The notes beneath the pieces were generated by a model. It searched no databases. It was not told the DNA's origin and saw nothing but the letters and a program-made list of their open reading frames with translations. The position numbers and the translations under genes were made by a program. From an uncultured Lachnospiraceae bacterium (GTDB taxonomy: Bacteria > Bacillota > Clostridia > Lachnospirales > Lachnospiraceae), in contig CANOFI010000001.1 of the NCBI GenBank assembly GCA_947565255.1, positions 1 to 33,039 on the forward strand: 33,039 nucleotides of DNA, in the 5' to 3' direction. This document shows positions 6,832 to 15,514 of the stretch, piece by piece (within the stretch, counting starts at the first letter, position 1; the number at the start of each line of letters is the position of its first letter).

Positions 6832-8160
6832 TTACGCAAGCGCGCTTAGACAACCGTCTATAACCGCCTCATTGTCTGTTATCTTATTGCCTGTAAAATC
6901 AATCTCCGCCACCTGACGTGCGCCCTCTCTCATTGTCAGTACTTTCCCATCGATATAACCGCGCCCGATACTGCTGCCGCCGCCAAGCGGCATAATGCCA
7001 ACCGCCAGGTCACGAAGCGCCAGAAGCAGAAGCCCTTTCGCCCTTGCATCGCCATCCTCTGTAACATCCACCTCCAGCTTCATCGTTCCACATGCCGCTT
7101 TCTCACTGAAGAGCCCGGAATACATGACGCCGCCGGTAAATTTATCAATATGAATCCTTTTCTGTGACGGCATTCGGTCATTCTCCTCTATACCGCCTAT
7201 GACACAATCATAAAAACGCACACAGCCAGGAATTCCCTTCTGCCCTTCCATATCCTGTTTTCCAAATACCATATCGATGACTTCACCGCCTATTCCCTTA
7301 TAGGCACAGATCTTCTCCATCTGACTTCTTATGACGCCCTTTACGGCACTTGCAGGAACGATATACTCCTGCTTATGATTCCGCATATTTTCTGCGTCCG
7401 GCGCATCCTTGCCATACTCCTTTACACACAATGCCTTTACCAGAATACTTCCCTTCGTTTTGCCCGTCAGTATAAAATGCGTCCGGCCATCGGTCCGCAC
7501 AGCCTCCTCCACAAGGCGAGGCTGTATCTCGACACCCTCCTTTGTCTCGTCCGTCCACATCCTGCGGTCCTCTTTGCTCCTCATATCATATTCCGACTTC
7601 TTTACAGACTGCAGACTGATATATCCGCAGCCATTGCTTTTTTGCCCGCCTATCTGAATGCTTCCGCTCTGCAGGGCAGATAACGCCATCTCTATCTCAT
7701 TTTGGTAACCTCTTTCCTTTTCATATAAATAGATATCAAACCAAAAGACAGACCCGGCCGCCACATACTCCATCTCAAACTTTTGTCCGCTGGAAATGCT
7801 CCCGCCCTTTATCTGCGCCGCCTGACATGTGCCCGTTTTCCGGTCTATACGCACCCTGGGGCGAAGCTCCGCATAAACGGCCGCCTCTTCAAAAAATCCA
7901 TCAGAAAACCGCACCCTGCTGCCGGAGCCCGCGTCCTGCTCCTGGGTGCCAAACAATTCCTTCTGCAGGCCTTCATCATAAGAAAAAAATTCACGAAATG
8001 CCCCTGCAAGCCCCGTTGCCTGCACAAACGGCCGTTCCAGCACAGGATGGACCAGTATCCCTGTTCTGTCTTCCTGTCCGCCCCCGATATGAAGCGGCTC
8101 CCGGCACTCCGCCTTTACTGCATACTGAATCACTTTATCATACAGACTTTTACCAGTCAT
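6832..8160 (-). CDS. cas7: Fusion of two Cas7 (Csm3-like RAMP) modules (Cas7-2x)
   Basis: There are two RAMP units. The first has EPLHIGGG...ATGLAGAFREFF. The second has IVPASAVKGVIRSQ and ends in the glycine-rich loop PLGGGSSIGRGYIDG. The start is at MTGKSLY (8160), which has an AGGAGGG ribosome-binding site. Confidence 0.65.
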   Translation of the reverse strand: MTGKSLYDKVIQYAVKAECREPLHIGGGQEDRTGILVHPVLERPFVQATGLAGAFREFFSYDEGLQKELFGTQEQDAGSGSRVRFSDGFFEEAAVYAELRPRVRIDRKTGTCQAAQIKGGSISSGQKFEMEYVAAGSVFWFDIYLYEKERGYQNEIEMALSALQSGSIQIGGQKSNGCGYISLQSVKKSEYDMRSKEDRRMWTDETKEGVEIQPRLVEEAVRTDGRTHFILTGKTKGSILVKALCVKEYGKDAPDAENMRNHKQEYIVPASAVKGVIRSQMEKICAYKGIGGEVIDMVFGKQDMEGQKGIPGCVRFYDCVIGGIEENDRMPSQKRIHIDKFTGGVMYSGLFSEKAACGTMKLEVDVTEDGDARAKGLLLLALRDLAVGIMPLGGGSSIGRGYIDGKVLTMREGARQVAEIDFTGNKITDNEAVIDGCLSALA

Positions 8161-9718
8161 TTTTTTCCCTCCTGTTCTCATAGCGTATTTGCCTGGCCAT
8201 AAGCCTTAACTTATATTTCAGGATATCCTCCTCTGCGAGCAGCTCCCCTATGGAAATCTCCATAACGCCGCCATTCTTAAACTCCGGCTCTAACTCCAGC
8301 TCCTCAAACAAATCGCCCTCCAGTATTTTATGGATATACTGTGAAAATGCATCCTGCCTTGCTCTGACTCCATGCTTCTTCTGCCGCCCGCTCTTCTCCA
8401 GATCATGCTCCGCATAAGCCAGAATCTTCTCCCGCGCTTCAAACGGCGCATACTGGTACTCCATGCACATGGCTGTAAGCACGCCAAGCTTGCTTCTCGA
8501 TATTCCCGAAAGCTTCAATGGATGGTCCACCACATACCTTTCCATCTCCCTCTCCAGCTTACTTTTCAAAAACCCTGCCGCGGCAATCCGGATGTCATTG
8601 TCTATATCTTCCTTCTGACCATAGCCTCCTGCCATTCCCTCCGGCTCACTGCTCTGCCCGGCTCTGTCTTCCTTCTTCTTGTATTTGATTTTCTGAAAAT
8701 CTTTTACAAACGCAATCTGTCCGAAGCCTTCACTCCTTCGGATGCCAATGCCGGATTCCTCGAGCAGGCGCATCCGTTTTTCTGACACCGGTTCAGACGT
8801 ATGAAGGCAAAATACGCTGCCCGCCTGATACATCACCGCGGACGGCACCGTGCCATGCCACTTCCTGTTATATCCGCGCACATCAACCGTGGATGTTGCA
8901 CACCGCCTGATGGTAATTTCCTTACAGCCAAGCTTTTGGGCCAGCTCCTCCAGATACAGACCTGACAGCTCTCCCCACTGGTTTCTCATGACGGTATGTG
9001 ACAGGAGCGCCATATATAGCTCGCTGCCCGTTTCGGCTGCCCGAATCCCCTGATACGGCATGCCGTGCTCCATCCGCTTATCCACACAGATACATCTGCC
9101 GTAGCCCGCCGACCTGCGGTTTCCAAAATACAAGGGCTGGTCAAACATTTCGCAAATAGAATCTATCAGATCCTGTCCAACTGTATCCTGAAATGTAATA
9201 TATCCGACAAACATATGGTTTTTCTTTATGTACTGGCTTCTGAAAACCGTACGGTCTGCTGCCCTGTCATCCTCATCGGGCTTTCCCATATTAATGCTTA
9301 AATCTTCCCCTGTTTCCACTGTTTCATAATGGATGCAGTTTTCTTCCACATAGCAAAAGTTTCCAAGCGACGCCCGCTTATATCCCGGTTCGATATCCTG
9401 CACAAGCACATTGTTCAGGCTCTTTTTCTCTCCGTCCTTTTCTTCCTTCTTATCCTCATAGAACCCTTTTAAAGAAGGAATCCGTTCCTGTCCTTTGCTG
9501 CCGGGATATGCGTTCAGGAAACAAACCTCCCCTGAAAAAAGTGTTTTTTTACAGACCTCAAAGTCCGGCTTCCCGGCAAGCCCATTAATGATAAAGCCCC
9601 TGACAGAGCTTCCCGGAAGATAACGAAGCGTGTCCGTCTGTCCATGCTGGCTTGTATTGTCATCTGCAATTCTGAGAGGCTCCACATTTTTTATAATGTA
9701 TTTTAAGTATCTGCTCAT
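8150..9718 (-). CDS. csx10: Csx10-like Cas5-family RAMP fused to a helical, Cas11-like C-terminal domain
   Basis: LPGSSVRGFIING and the G-rich loops NRRSAGYGRC and RRSEGFGQIAF mark a RAMP fold over about 340 aa. The last ~170 aa are charged and read as helical. No separate small-subunit gene exists in the operon. There is an ATGA start/stop overlap with the upstream gene. Confidence 0.55.
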   Translation of the reverse strand: MSRYLKYIIKNVEPLRIADDNTSQHGQTDTLRYLPGSSVRGFIINGLAGKPDFEVCKKTLFSGEVCFLNAYPGSKGQERIPSLKGFYEDKKEEKDGEKKSLNNVLVQDIEPGYKRASLGNFCYVEENCIHYETVETGEDLSINMGKPDEDDRAADRTVFRSQYIKKNHMFVGYITFQDTVGQDLIDSICEMFDQPLYFGNRRSAGYGRCICVDKRMEHGMPYQGIRAAETGSELYMALLSHTVMRNQWGELSGLYLEELAQKLGCKEITIRRCATSTVDVRGYNRKWHGTVPSAVMYQAGSVFCLHTSEPVSEKRMRLLEESGIGIRRSEGFGQIAFVKDFQKIKYKKKEDRAGQSSEPEGMAGGYGQKEDIDNDIRIAAAGFLKSKLEREMERYVVDHPLKLSGISRSKLGVLTAMCMEYQYAPFEAREKILAYAEHDLEKSGRQKKHGVRARQDAFSQYIHKILEGDLFEELELEPEFKNGGVMEISIGELLAEEDILKYKLRLMARQIRYENRREKNDW

Positions 9719-10290
9719 TTGTACTCCTCCACCTTTACTGCAACTTTTCCAAACCCTCTGTTACGCATGCTGCCTATCCACTTTATCAATGCGAAAACAT
9801 CTTTCACAAGCTCCTCATCCGCCTGTCCATAGCTGCACGCCGCATAAAAATTCAATCCTTTTTTGATACATCTGCCCCGCCTGAGCGAGCCTTCTTTTGC
9901 AAGCCCATTCTCTAAGGAAGTAAAATCCCTTGTATAGCTGAACATTTCAAGCACTTCCTGCTTTGAAGCATTCTCTTTATTGACTGCATCCATTACCTTT
10001 CTATGCAGCATAAGGTCAGAAAAGGTCATCAGGCCTTCCTGGTCAGAGTCGTCAGACCCGCTTTCTCCCATTAATCTTCTGACCGTTTGTGCCGCCTCTT
10101 CCTCCGGCATATCCGTCCATTCCAGATAATTGATTAATTCTTCCCTGAAAATCCCCTTTAATGTACTTCCTTTCATATATGGAAAACCTTTTTCATCTGT
10201 AAGGATACAGATATCCTCCCCACCCGGCATGCTCATGCCATTTCCGAAAACCGCATCTGACAGCAGCTGTATATGTATGATTCGCTCCAT
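9715..10290 (-). CDS. cas7: Stand-alone Cas7/Csm3-like RAMP subunit (191 aa)
   Basis: MKGSTLKGIFREE (a GxxKG RAMP motif) and a terminal G-rich loop GSMRNRGFGKV are present. The start MERIIH has a GAGGAGG ribosome-binding site. Confidence 0.6.
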   Translation of the reverse strand: MERIIHIQLLSDAVFGNGMSMPGGEDICILTDEKGFPYMKGSTLKGIFREELINYLEWTDMPEEEAAQTVRRLMGESGSDDSDQEGLMTFSDLMLHRKVMDAVNKENASKQEVLEMFSYTRDFTSLENGLAKEGSLRRGRCIKKGLNFYAACSYGQADEELVKDVFALIKWIGSMRNRGFGKVAVKVEEYK

Positions 10291-10301
10291 GTTTTTCCTC
10301 C

Positions 10302-11858
10302 TCATTCGTCTAAATCTATAAAGGTATCCACCAGCTCTATCGCATCAAAAAGCAGGGAGCGAATTTCGCCGTCTGCCGTCTGTACAAATATCTTCCTCTC
10401 CATGCCTTTCCCTCTTCCTATACCGTCAGTATTAATTTCGCGGCCCTCATAGGGAAGCAGCAGCAAATCGTCCATCAGATGACTTTCCATATAATATTTT
10501 GCTGACTTTTCCCCTTCCTTCAGGGCGCTTCTTAATTCCTTCAGCTTGCCTTTCGCGATGGATTCCTCCTGGATACCCTTTGTAATCTGCTTCATCAGCA
10601 TCTTGAAACCGGAATACTGCCTGGCTGGATCCTGCTCCATGAGCTCTTGTTCTCCTGACAACAGATATGGCCTTAACTCCAAACGTTTTTTGCCATTATC
10701 CGTATCTGTATCCTCGTTCGTGTCGTACATCTTCCGCACCTGTGCAAGGCTGTCCATGATCTCCCCATACTCAATATGCCAGTCTATGGCGCAGCCTTTT
10801 GCACCTGCATCCTCCACTTTGTCCTGGAAGGAAGCAATATATTTCTTTGCATTGGAGCATAACAGCTCCGACATCTCATACGCCTTATAAAACGGGTACT
10901 TCTGATGTACAACAGCTACGCCTGCACATGCCGTAAACCGGCCGTATTCATTTTCTATGGCCGAAAGCTTTTCTATGAAAATGCGCGCCGCCTCAATTCC
11001 AATCCGTCCTTCTGTGACAAAACAGACGTCATCCCCGGCAAGAATAATACGCCGTACGGGAAATGTTCCATTCTCCAGTTCCAGGCTGCCCAGGCGACCT
11101 GCCAAAACTGCCTCTGCAATCTCATCCGCCATCTCTTTATACGCCCTCTTAAAGGCATTGTCAATGTCATCGCTGAATTTTCTCAGAGCTGTTTTATATG
11201 CATCCCATCCTTTTCCTTCCTGTCCTGCCCGTACCTGCTCCACACGTTTTCCCATAGCGTTTCCATCTATATGCACGACGGCAATGAAACTGGATTTCTG
11301 CTTCTTGTTTCCTATGTCCTCCAGCTTCCAGACAGGCTTAAATCCACTGGGAATATATTCTGTCGGCGCATCCCACTTAACGTCGAACATTTGTTCTTTT
11401 TCTATCATGGGAACCGGCTTTCTCAGATCTGCCTGTATCCTTTCTACCCCAAAGGTTCCCTGATGAAAGGATGCCTGCCTTATCGATTTCTTTCTTTCTA
11501 ATTGCTTTGACAACTCTTCAAGGTTTTCGCCCGGCGTTTTTTCCTCATCATAAGGCATTGTTTTGATGAAAAGCTCAATCTCATGAAATTCCTGCCTGAC
11601 CGCCTTAGAAACGCTGTAGGCAAAACTTTTTGCCTGTTTTTCCGAAGCAAATTCCAGGACGGTATGCCCGCCGCCTGCATAGACAAGGTTTTCTTCTTTG
11701 CTGAAGTCCAAAACGCCCGCCTTTGCCAGTCCTTCAAAATATCCTGCATCCGTCACCTTGCAGATTGCCTCGGAATTTGCGATATTGTCTTTTAGTTTTG
11801 TACTCGCAAAAATATATGCCTGTTTTTGCGAAACTTCCAGTATCATCAAATATCTCAT
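10302..11858 (-). CDS. cas10: Cas10 large subunit, short form without an HD nuclease domain; cyclase motif reads AGDD
   Basis: The protein starts directly with the Palm-type segment LEVSQKQAYIFAST. It contains VVHIDGNAMG, IILAGDDVCFV (the GGDD position) and ACAGVAVVHQKYPFY...AKK. The start at MRYLMI (11858) has an AAGGAGGAG ribosome-binding site. The 29 codons upstream in the track ORF lack a ribosome-binding site. Confidence 0.75.
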   Translation of the reverse strand: MRYLMILEVSQKQAYIFASTKLKDNIANSEAICKVTDAGYFEGLAKAGVLDFSKEENLVYAGGGHTVLEFASEKQAKSFAYSVSKAVRQEFHEIELFIKTMPYDEEKTPGENLEELSKQLERKKSIRQASFHQGTFGVERIQADLRKPVPMIEKEQMFDVKWDAPTEYIPSGFKPVWKLEDIGNKKQKSSFIAVVHIDGNAMGKRVEQVRAGQEGKGWDAYKTALRKFSDDIDNAFKRAYKEMADEIAEAVLAGRLGSLELENGTFPVRRIILAGDDVCFVTEGRIGIEAARIFIEKLSAIENEYGRFTACAGVAVVHQKYPFYKAYEMSELLCSNAKKYIASFQDKVEDAGAKGCAIDWHIEYGEIMDSLAQVRKMYDTNEDTDTDNGKKRLELRPYLLSGEQELMEQDPARQYSGFKMLMKQITKGIQEESIAKGKLKELRSALKEGEKSAKYYMESHLMDDLLLLPYEGREINTDGIGRGKGMERKIFVQTADGEIRSLLFDAIELVDTFIDLDE

Positions 11859-11904
11859 TTGTCTCCTCCTTCTGTATTTTGCTTTCCGGAGCGTGTCCGA
11901 AACT

Positions 11905-12840
11905 TCATTCCCGCTCAAATACCAAGCTGTAGCGCCCAAAGCCAAAACTTGTATTCTTGCCTATGTGTACCAGTTCTCCGGCGTACAGCAGTATTCTTGC
12001 TGTTTCGTCCGGTTCTTCCATCCATACTTTGCCGCGGATGCCATTTAAATATATTTTCTCATCATGTGTGGAAGAATAGCGTCTGACAGCCGCTTTTCGT
12101 ACATCCTGGCTGACAAGCCGGGGGACATGGCCGGTTATATCTATTTTACCGGCATCATTTCCCTCAAAGCAGTCCAATATATAAAGCCTTCTGGATACCG
12201 CCGCCATAATTGCTTCCATATCAAATGTTTCGATTATTTTTCCTTTATGCTTTACCGTTAATGGGGTATGAAACAGAATCGCATGTTCGTACTGACGGGC
12301 AGACATCCGGTATCTCACATATTCCGCAATGGTCTGTATCTCATAATTCTCCTTATAAATAGTATTGCCCTCCAGCAATGTATTACGCTTTGTGTTGGTC
12401 ACGGCCTCTACTGTAAAGCGTGCCTTATGTTTCCCTATGCCTTCCATTCCAAGATAGAAAAATGCCTGCATATACTGATTCAAATATACAATATTTTTTC
12501 CAAAAAGAAGCAATTGAAATTCCAGATATTCCCCTGCCAGAAATTCTTCCTCATAATCCTCGCATTCAATGACATAGCCTGCGCTGTCGCCCTGATGCAT
12601 AAACTCCGGCTGTATCTCAAACTTCGAATACATCATACGCCTCACAACGCACTCCGACAAAAAACCACAAGCCCCGCAATTCCTGTCCTGCACGCAGTTC
12701 GCACGCAAAAGCATCTCGCCCATACCGCCGCGCAGCGCGGAAACCTTATTCTTGGGAAGCCTTGTATCCTCAAGTATCCTTAAGTGAAAATGCAGCTTGA
12801 CATACTTGACCTGCAGGCAATTCCAGAGCTGTTCTGTCAT
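11905..12840 (-). CDS. cas6: Cas6-family pre-crRNA endoribonuclease (RAMP)
   Basis: ALRGGMGEML followed by a Cys cluster (CxxxxxxCxxC....C), plus a C-terminal G-rich loop GKNTSFGFGRY. It is the first gene of the operon and has a GGAGGGAG ribosome-binding site. Confidence 0.65.
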   Translation of the reverse strand: MTEQLWNCLQVKYVKLHFHLRILEDTRLPKNKVSALRGGMGEMLLRANCVQDRNCGACGFLSECVVRRMMYSKFEIQPEFMHQGDSAGYVIECEDYEEEFLAGEYLEFQLLLFGKNIVYLNQYMQAFFYLGMEGIGKHKARFTVEAVTNTKRNTLLEGNTIYKENYEIQTIAEYVRYRMSARQYEHAILFHTPLTVKHKGKIIETFDMEAIMAAVSRRLYILDCFEGNDAGKIDITGHVPRLVSQDVRKAAVRRYSSTHDEKIYLNGIRGKVWMEEPDETARILLYAGELVHIGKNTSFGFGRYSLVFERE

Positions 12841-12927
12841 CTTCTCCCTCCTTTTTCTTTTGTTCCTGCCAGATTGTGTCTGATATCCACTGAATTTCCG
12901 GTATCATAATAACTTTTTCTACTTTTT

Positions 12928-12956
12928 ATTATAACTGTCCTCAACATGATAATCAA
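12928..12956 (-). promoter_or_regulatory. Sigma-70 promoter (TTGATT-17 nt-TATAAT) for the cas6-cas10-cas7... operon
   Basis: On the minus strand TTGATT is at 12951-12956 and TATAAT at 12928-12933, with a 17-nt spacer. It is about 90 nt upstream of the cas6 ATG. Confidence 0.5.
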
Positions 12957-12989
12957 CATTATTTTATTCCCACTTATCCTTTTATTTGT

Positions 12990-13015
12990 GGTATAATATC
13001 GATAGATATTATACC
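12990..13015. promoter_or_regulatory. 26-bp palindrome GGTATAATATC-GATA-GATATTATACC (candidate operator, or divergent extended -10 elements)
   Basis: It has perfect 11-bp arms. Each arm contains TGgTATAAT when read outward. It lies just upstream of the cas operon promoter. Confidence 0.45.
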
Positions 13016-13061
13016 AGCGCCGAGCGAAGCGAGTGTGCATCAGGAGGAACAAGGTTCCGAC

Positions 13062-13086
13062 ATACCATGTGCGGAGCACATGGTAT
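13062..13086. promoter_or_regulatory. 25-bp palindrome ATACCATGTGC-GGA-GCACATGGTAT
   Basis: It has perfect 11-bp arms and overlaps the start of the next GGTATAAT element. It lies in the shared cas/TetR intergenic region. Confidence 0.4.
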
Positions 13087-13107
13087 AATATTAGCAGATA
13101 TGATACC
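13082..13107. repeat. Degenerate second copy (21/26 nt) of the 12990-13015 element: GGTATAATATTAGCAGATATGATACC
   Basis: Aligned by eye. It is a direct repeat 92 nt from the first copy. It contains TGgTATAAT on the plus strand, which could be the TetR gene promoter. Confidence 0.4.
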
Positions 13108-13257
13108 GCCCCATAACAAAGCGGCATATACATCATTAAAAATGACATTCAAACGCGGCACATACCTGGTGTACTGACACAAAACCCCTCAACCGCATAA
13201 CCAGCCATCCACACAAAAAGCAGCAAAAACCAACCAGACAAAACAAAGGAGACCGGC

Positions 13258-13845
13258 ATGAACAACGAAATACAGGACGAAAGATATTTTGTCGCCGAAG
13301 AGGCAATCTGCGATGCATTTCTTTTAATTCTGAAAGAAAAGGATTTAGAAAAAATTACAGTGACAGACATCATAAAAAGAGCCGGCATTGTTCGAAGTAC
13401 GTTTTACAACCACTACGAAAATATACCAGCTCTTGTAACTGCCATCGAAGACAAAACCATACATGACATTTTTTCGCTGATGGAAACCTTCCATCCCAAA
13501 AATGACCGTGAAATGTGCAAATCCTTTTACCTGACAATCTGCGAATATACACTGACAAATCCGTTTCTGTCAAGCATTCTTCGCAGTCCGGGAGGGGATA
13601 CCTTTTTTGAAAAAGCCATTACCATGTTTCACCGCTATGTGACAAATGTCATGCAGAATCAGAGCTCCTCCGGCCATAACAAAGAAACCTATTCCTATAT
13701 GATCGCCTGCGCAATCGGCAGTACTCTCGGCGTGCTTCACAAATGGACTGTGGAACACTGCCAGATGCCCGCTGAGGACATCGCAGACATTCTGACACAG
13801 GTTTTTATGGCAGGCATGCTTCCATTTCTTTCATCGGAAACGTAA
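13258..13845 (+). CDS. TetR/AcrR-family transcriptional regulator
   Basis: The N-terminal helix-turn-helix is ITVTDIIKRAGIVRSTFYNHY. The protein is about 195 aa and has an AAAGGAG ribosome-binding site. Confidence 0.8.
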   Translation: MNNEIQDERYFVAEEAICDAFLLILKEKDLEKITVTDIIKRAGIVRSTFYNHYENIPALVTAIEDKTIHDIFSLMETFHPKNDREMCKSFYLTICEYTLTNPFLSSILRSPGGDTFFEKAITMFHRYVTNVMQNQSSSGHNKETYSYMIACAIGSTLGVLHKWTVEHCQMPAEDIADILTQVFMAGMLPFLSSET

Positions 13846-13886
13846 CACGCAGCATCCGCCTCCCTGCATATGCCCACATTTTTTAA

Positions 13887-13914
13887 GCCGCAAAACTGCA
13901 TGCAGCATTGCGGC
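13887..13914. terminator. Hairpin GCCGCAA-N14-TTGCGGC between convergent genes
   Basis: It has a 7-bp stem and lies between the TetR stop and the acyl-ligase stop. The flanking T-tracts are weak. Confidence 0.3.
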
Positions 13915-13935
13915 TCAGATATGATTGATTTCTAT

Positions 13936-15495
13936 TTATGCGGTCGGGAGCGGCTCATCAATCATCGCTTCCTGCCGCTTTATCTTCTTTGTTGAATTTC
14001 GGATAAACGGATTCTTCCTCACTACCAGCGCCGTAATCTGGCGGTAGGTAGGCTGGGTTTTATTATACTGGTCCAAAAATGCCTGCAGTGCACCGCGGAT
14101 TTCCTCTTCTCCCAGTCCCTTCGCGCCGACAACATCCTGGTCCGGATAAATTCTCGCAGTCAGTCCGTTATTTTCACCCGTCACAATCACTTCGCCGACC
14201 AAAGGACTTAACCCCAGCTTATTTTCAATTTCTTCAGGAGAAATATTTTCTCCATTGGAAAGAATAATCAGATTTTTTACGCGTCCATTGATAAACAAAA
14301 AGCCGTCCTCGTCCATATATCCCTTATCTCCGGTATGAAGCCAGCCGTCCTTTAAGGTCTCGGCCGTCTCCTCTGGCATCTTATAATAGCCCTTCATCAC
14401 ACTGCTGCCTTTTACAAGAATTTCCCCATCCTCAAATACAATCTTTGCATTGTCAAGGGGTCTTCCAATCGAGCCTTTTTTACAGTCACCCGGCATATTA
14501 TTGCTGATTACCGGCGAACACTCAGACATCCCGTATCCCTCATAAATACCGACTCCGTACTGTGCAAATTCGTCAATGTAAAACGGATCCAGATGGGCGC
14601 CGCCTGAAAAAATAATTTTCAGATTCCCGCCAAACACCTTTTCCGCCAGTACCTGTTTTGGAATTGCAGGGTCCGCACTGGAAAGTCTTTTATAAATCGT
14701 TTCAATCATCAGCGGAACCATAAGCATGACATCCGGCCGAAACAGACTCATATTTCTTACCATATGTAACAGAGAATCGTTGATACACACGGTTGATCCC
14801 AGAGAAAACCCTTTTAGCCAGTCCATCACCAGACAAAACGCATGGTGAATCGGAAGCACGCTCAGCAATACTGTCCCGGGCTCTGCCGTAAAGTTGACAG
14901 AACGTACGTTCTCTGCCAGATTGCTCTGTGTCAGCATCACCCCTTTGCTTTTTCCGGTTGTTCCGGAGGTGAAAATAATCGTTGCAACGTCATCCGGACC
15001 GGGCCTTTCCGCATCCTCACTATCCATATGTGCAGCCACCTTCAGGTTTGCAAAGGACGCCGTCTTTCCATCTTCTTCCTGTACCTCCTCTTCCTGCAAC
15101 AACCAGACTTTTTTAAGCGCCGGACAATTTGCCAAAATTGTCTTCAGAAGAGGTTTGTGCTTTGCTCCCAAAAATAAGGCTTCTGCATCTGACCGGTTCA
15201 GTAAATCAATCAAATCCTCTGCCGGAAGCCCTGCGTCAAGCGGCACGGCGACTGCATTGCCCGTAATAATTCCAAGATAACTTTCTATCCATTCCACAGA
15301 GCTAACTCCAATCAAAGCAATATGCTTCCCCTGAAACCCTTCTGCAAGAAGTCCCTTTCTTACCGCTCTCACACATTCGGCCAGTTCCCTGTAGCTTTTT
15401 TCAGCGATCTCTTTTTTTTCCAGCCATCTTACAGCCGCTATGTCTGAGAATGTTTTTTCACTTTCCTCCATGATATCCCGAACCAGTATTCCCAT
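13936..15495 (-). CDS. AMP-dependent synthetase/ligase (fatty-acyl-AMP/CoA ligase-like)
   Basis: The AMP-binding core motif IIFTSGTTGKSKGVML is present, along with YGMSE, TGDKGYMDEDGF and a terminal K in STKKIKR. Confidence 0.8.
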   Translation of the reverse strand: MGILVRDIMEESEKTFSDIAAVRWLEKKEIAEKSYRELAECVRAVRKGLLAEGFQGKHIALIGVSSVEWIESYLGIITGNAVAVPLDAGLPAEDLIDLLNRSDAEALFLGAKHKPLLKTILANCPALKKVWLLQEEEVQEEDGKTASFANLKVAAHMDSEDAERPGPDDVATIIFTSGTTGKSKGVMLTQSNLAENVRSVNFTAEPGTVLLSVLPIHHAFCLVMDWLKGFSLGSTVCINDSLLHMVRNMSLFRPDVMLMVPLMIETIYKRLSSADPAIPKQVLAEKVFGGNLKIIFSGGAHLDPFYIDEFAQYGVGIYEGYGMSECSPVISNNMPGDCKKGSIGRPLDNAKIVFEDGEILVKGSSVMKGYYKMPEETAETLKDGWLHTGDKGYMDEDGFLFINGRVKNLIILSNGENISPEEIENKLGLSPLVGEVIVTGENNGLTARIYPDQDVVGAKGLGEEEIRGALQAFLDQYNKTQPTYRQITALVVRKNPFIRNSTKKIKRQEAMIDEPLPTA

Positions 15496-15514
15496 CCTGC
15501 CTTACCTCCTGTTA

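Noticed and set aside
11859-11945. Upstream in-frame extension of cas10 (MALGATAWYLSGNEV...) as a possible remnant of an HD domain.
   Set aside because: It is only 29 codons, has no H/D motif, overlaps the end of cas6 and has no ribosome-binding site. The ATG at 11858 has AAGGAGGAG upstream.
4359-12783. Numerous 60-200-aa ORFs antisense to, or out of frame within, the cas genes (for example 4359..4817, 5991..6419, 7375..7683, 8372..8785, 10905..11501, 12268..12783).
   Set aside because: They overlap strongly supported RAMP, Cas10 and Cas6 genes. Their composition is typical of non-coding frames, and they lack Shine-Dalgarno sequences.
229-13015. Shared 9-mers (ATTATACCA, ATATCTATC) near 229-250 and 12990-13015 as possible island boundary repeats flanking the whole CRISPR-Cas locus.
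   Set aside because: Matches of 9 nt between a few hundred bases of AT-rich promoter-like sequence are expected by chance. No longer direct or inverted repeat could be extended.
12837-13177. ORFs 12837..13148 (-) and 12986..13177 (+) in the cas6/TetR intergenic region.
   Set aside because: They are built from the palindromic or promoter-like sequence. The only GGAGG nearby is about 19 nt from the internal ATG. The composition is implausible for a protein.
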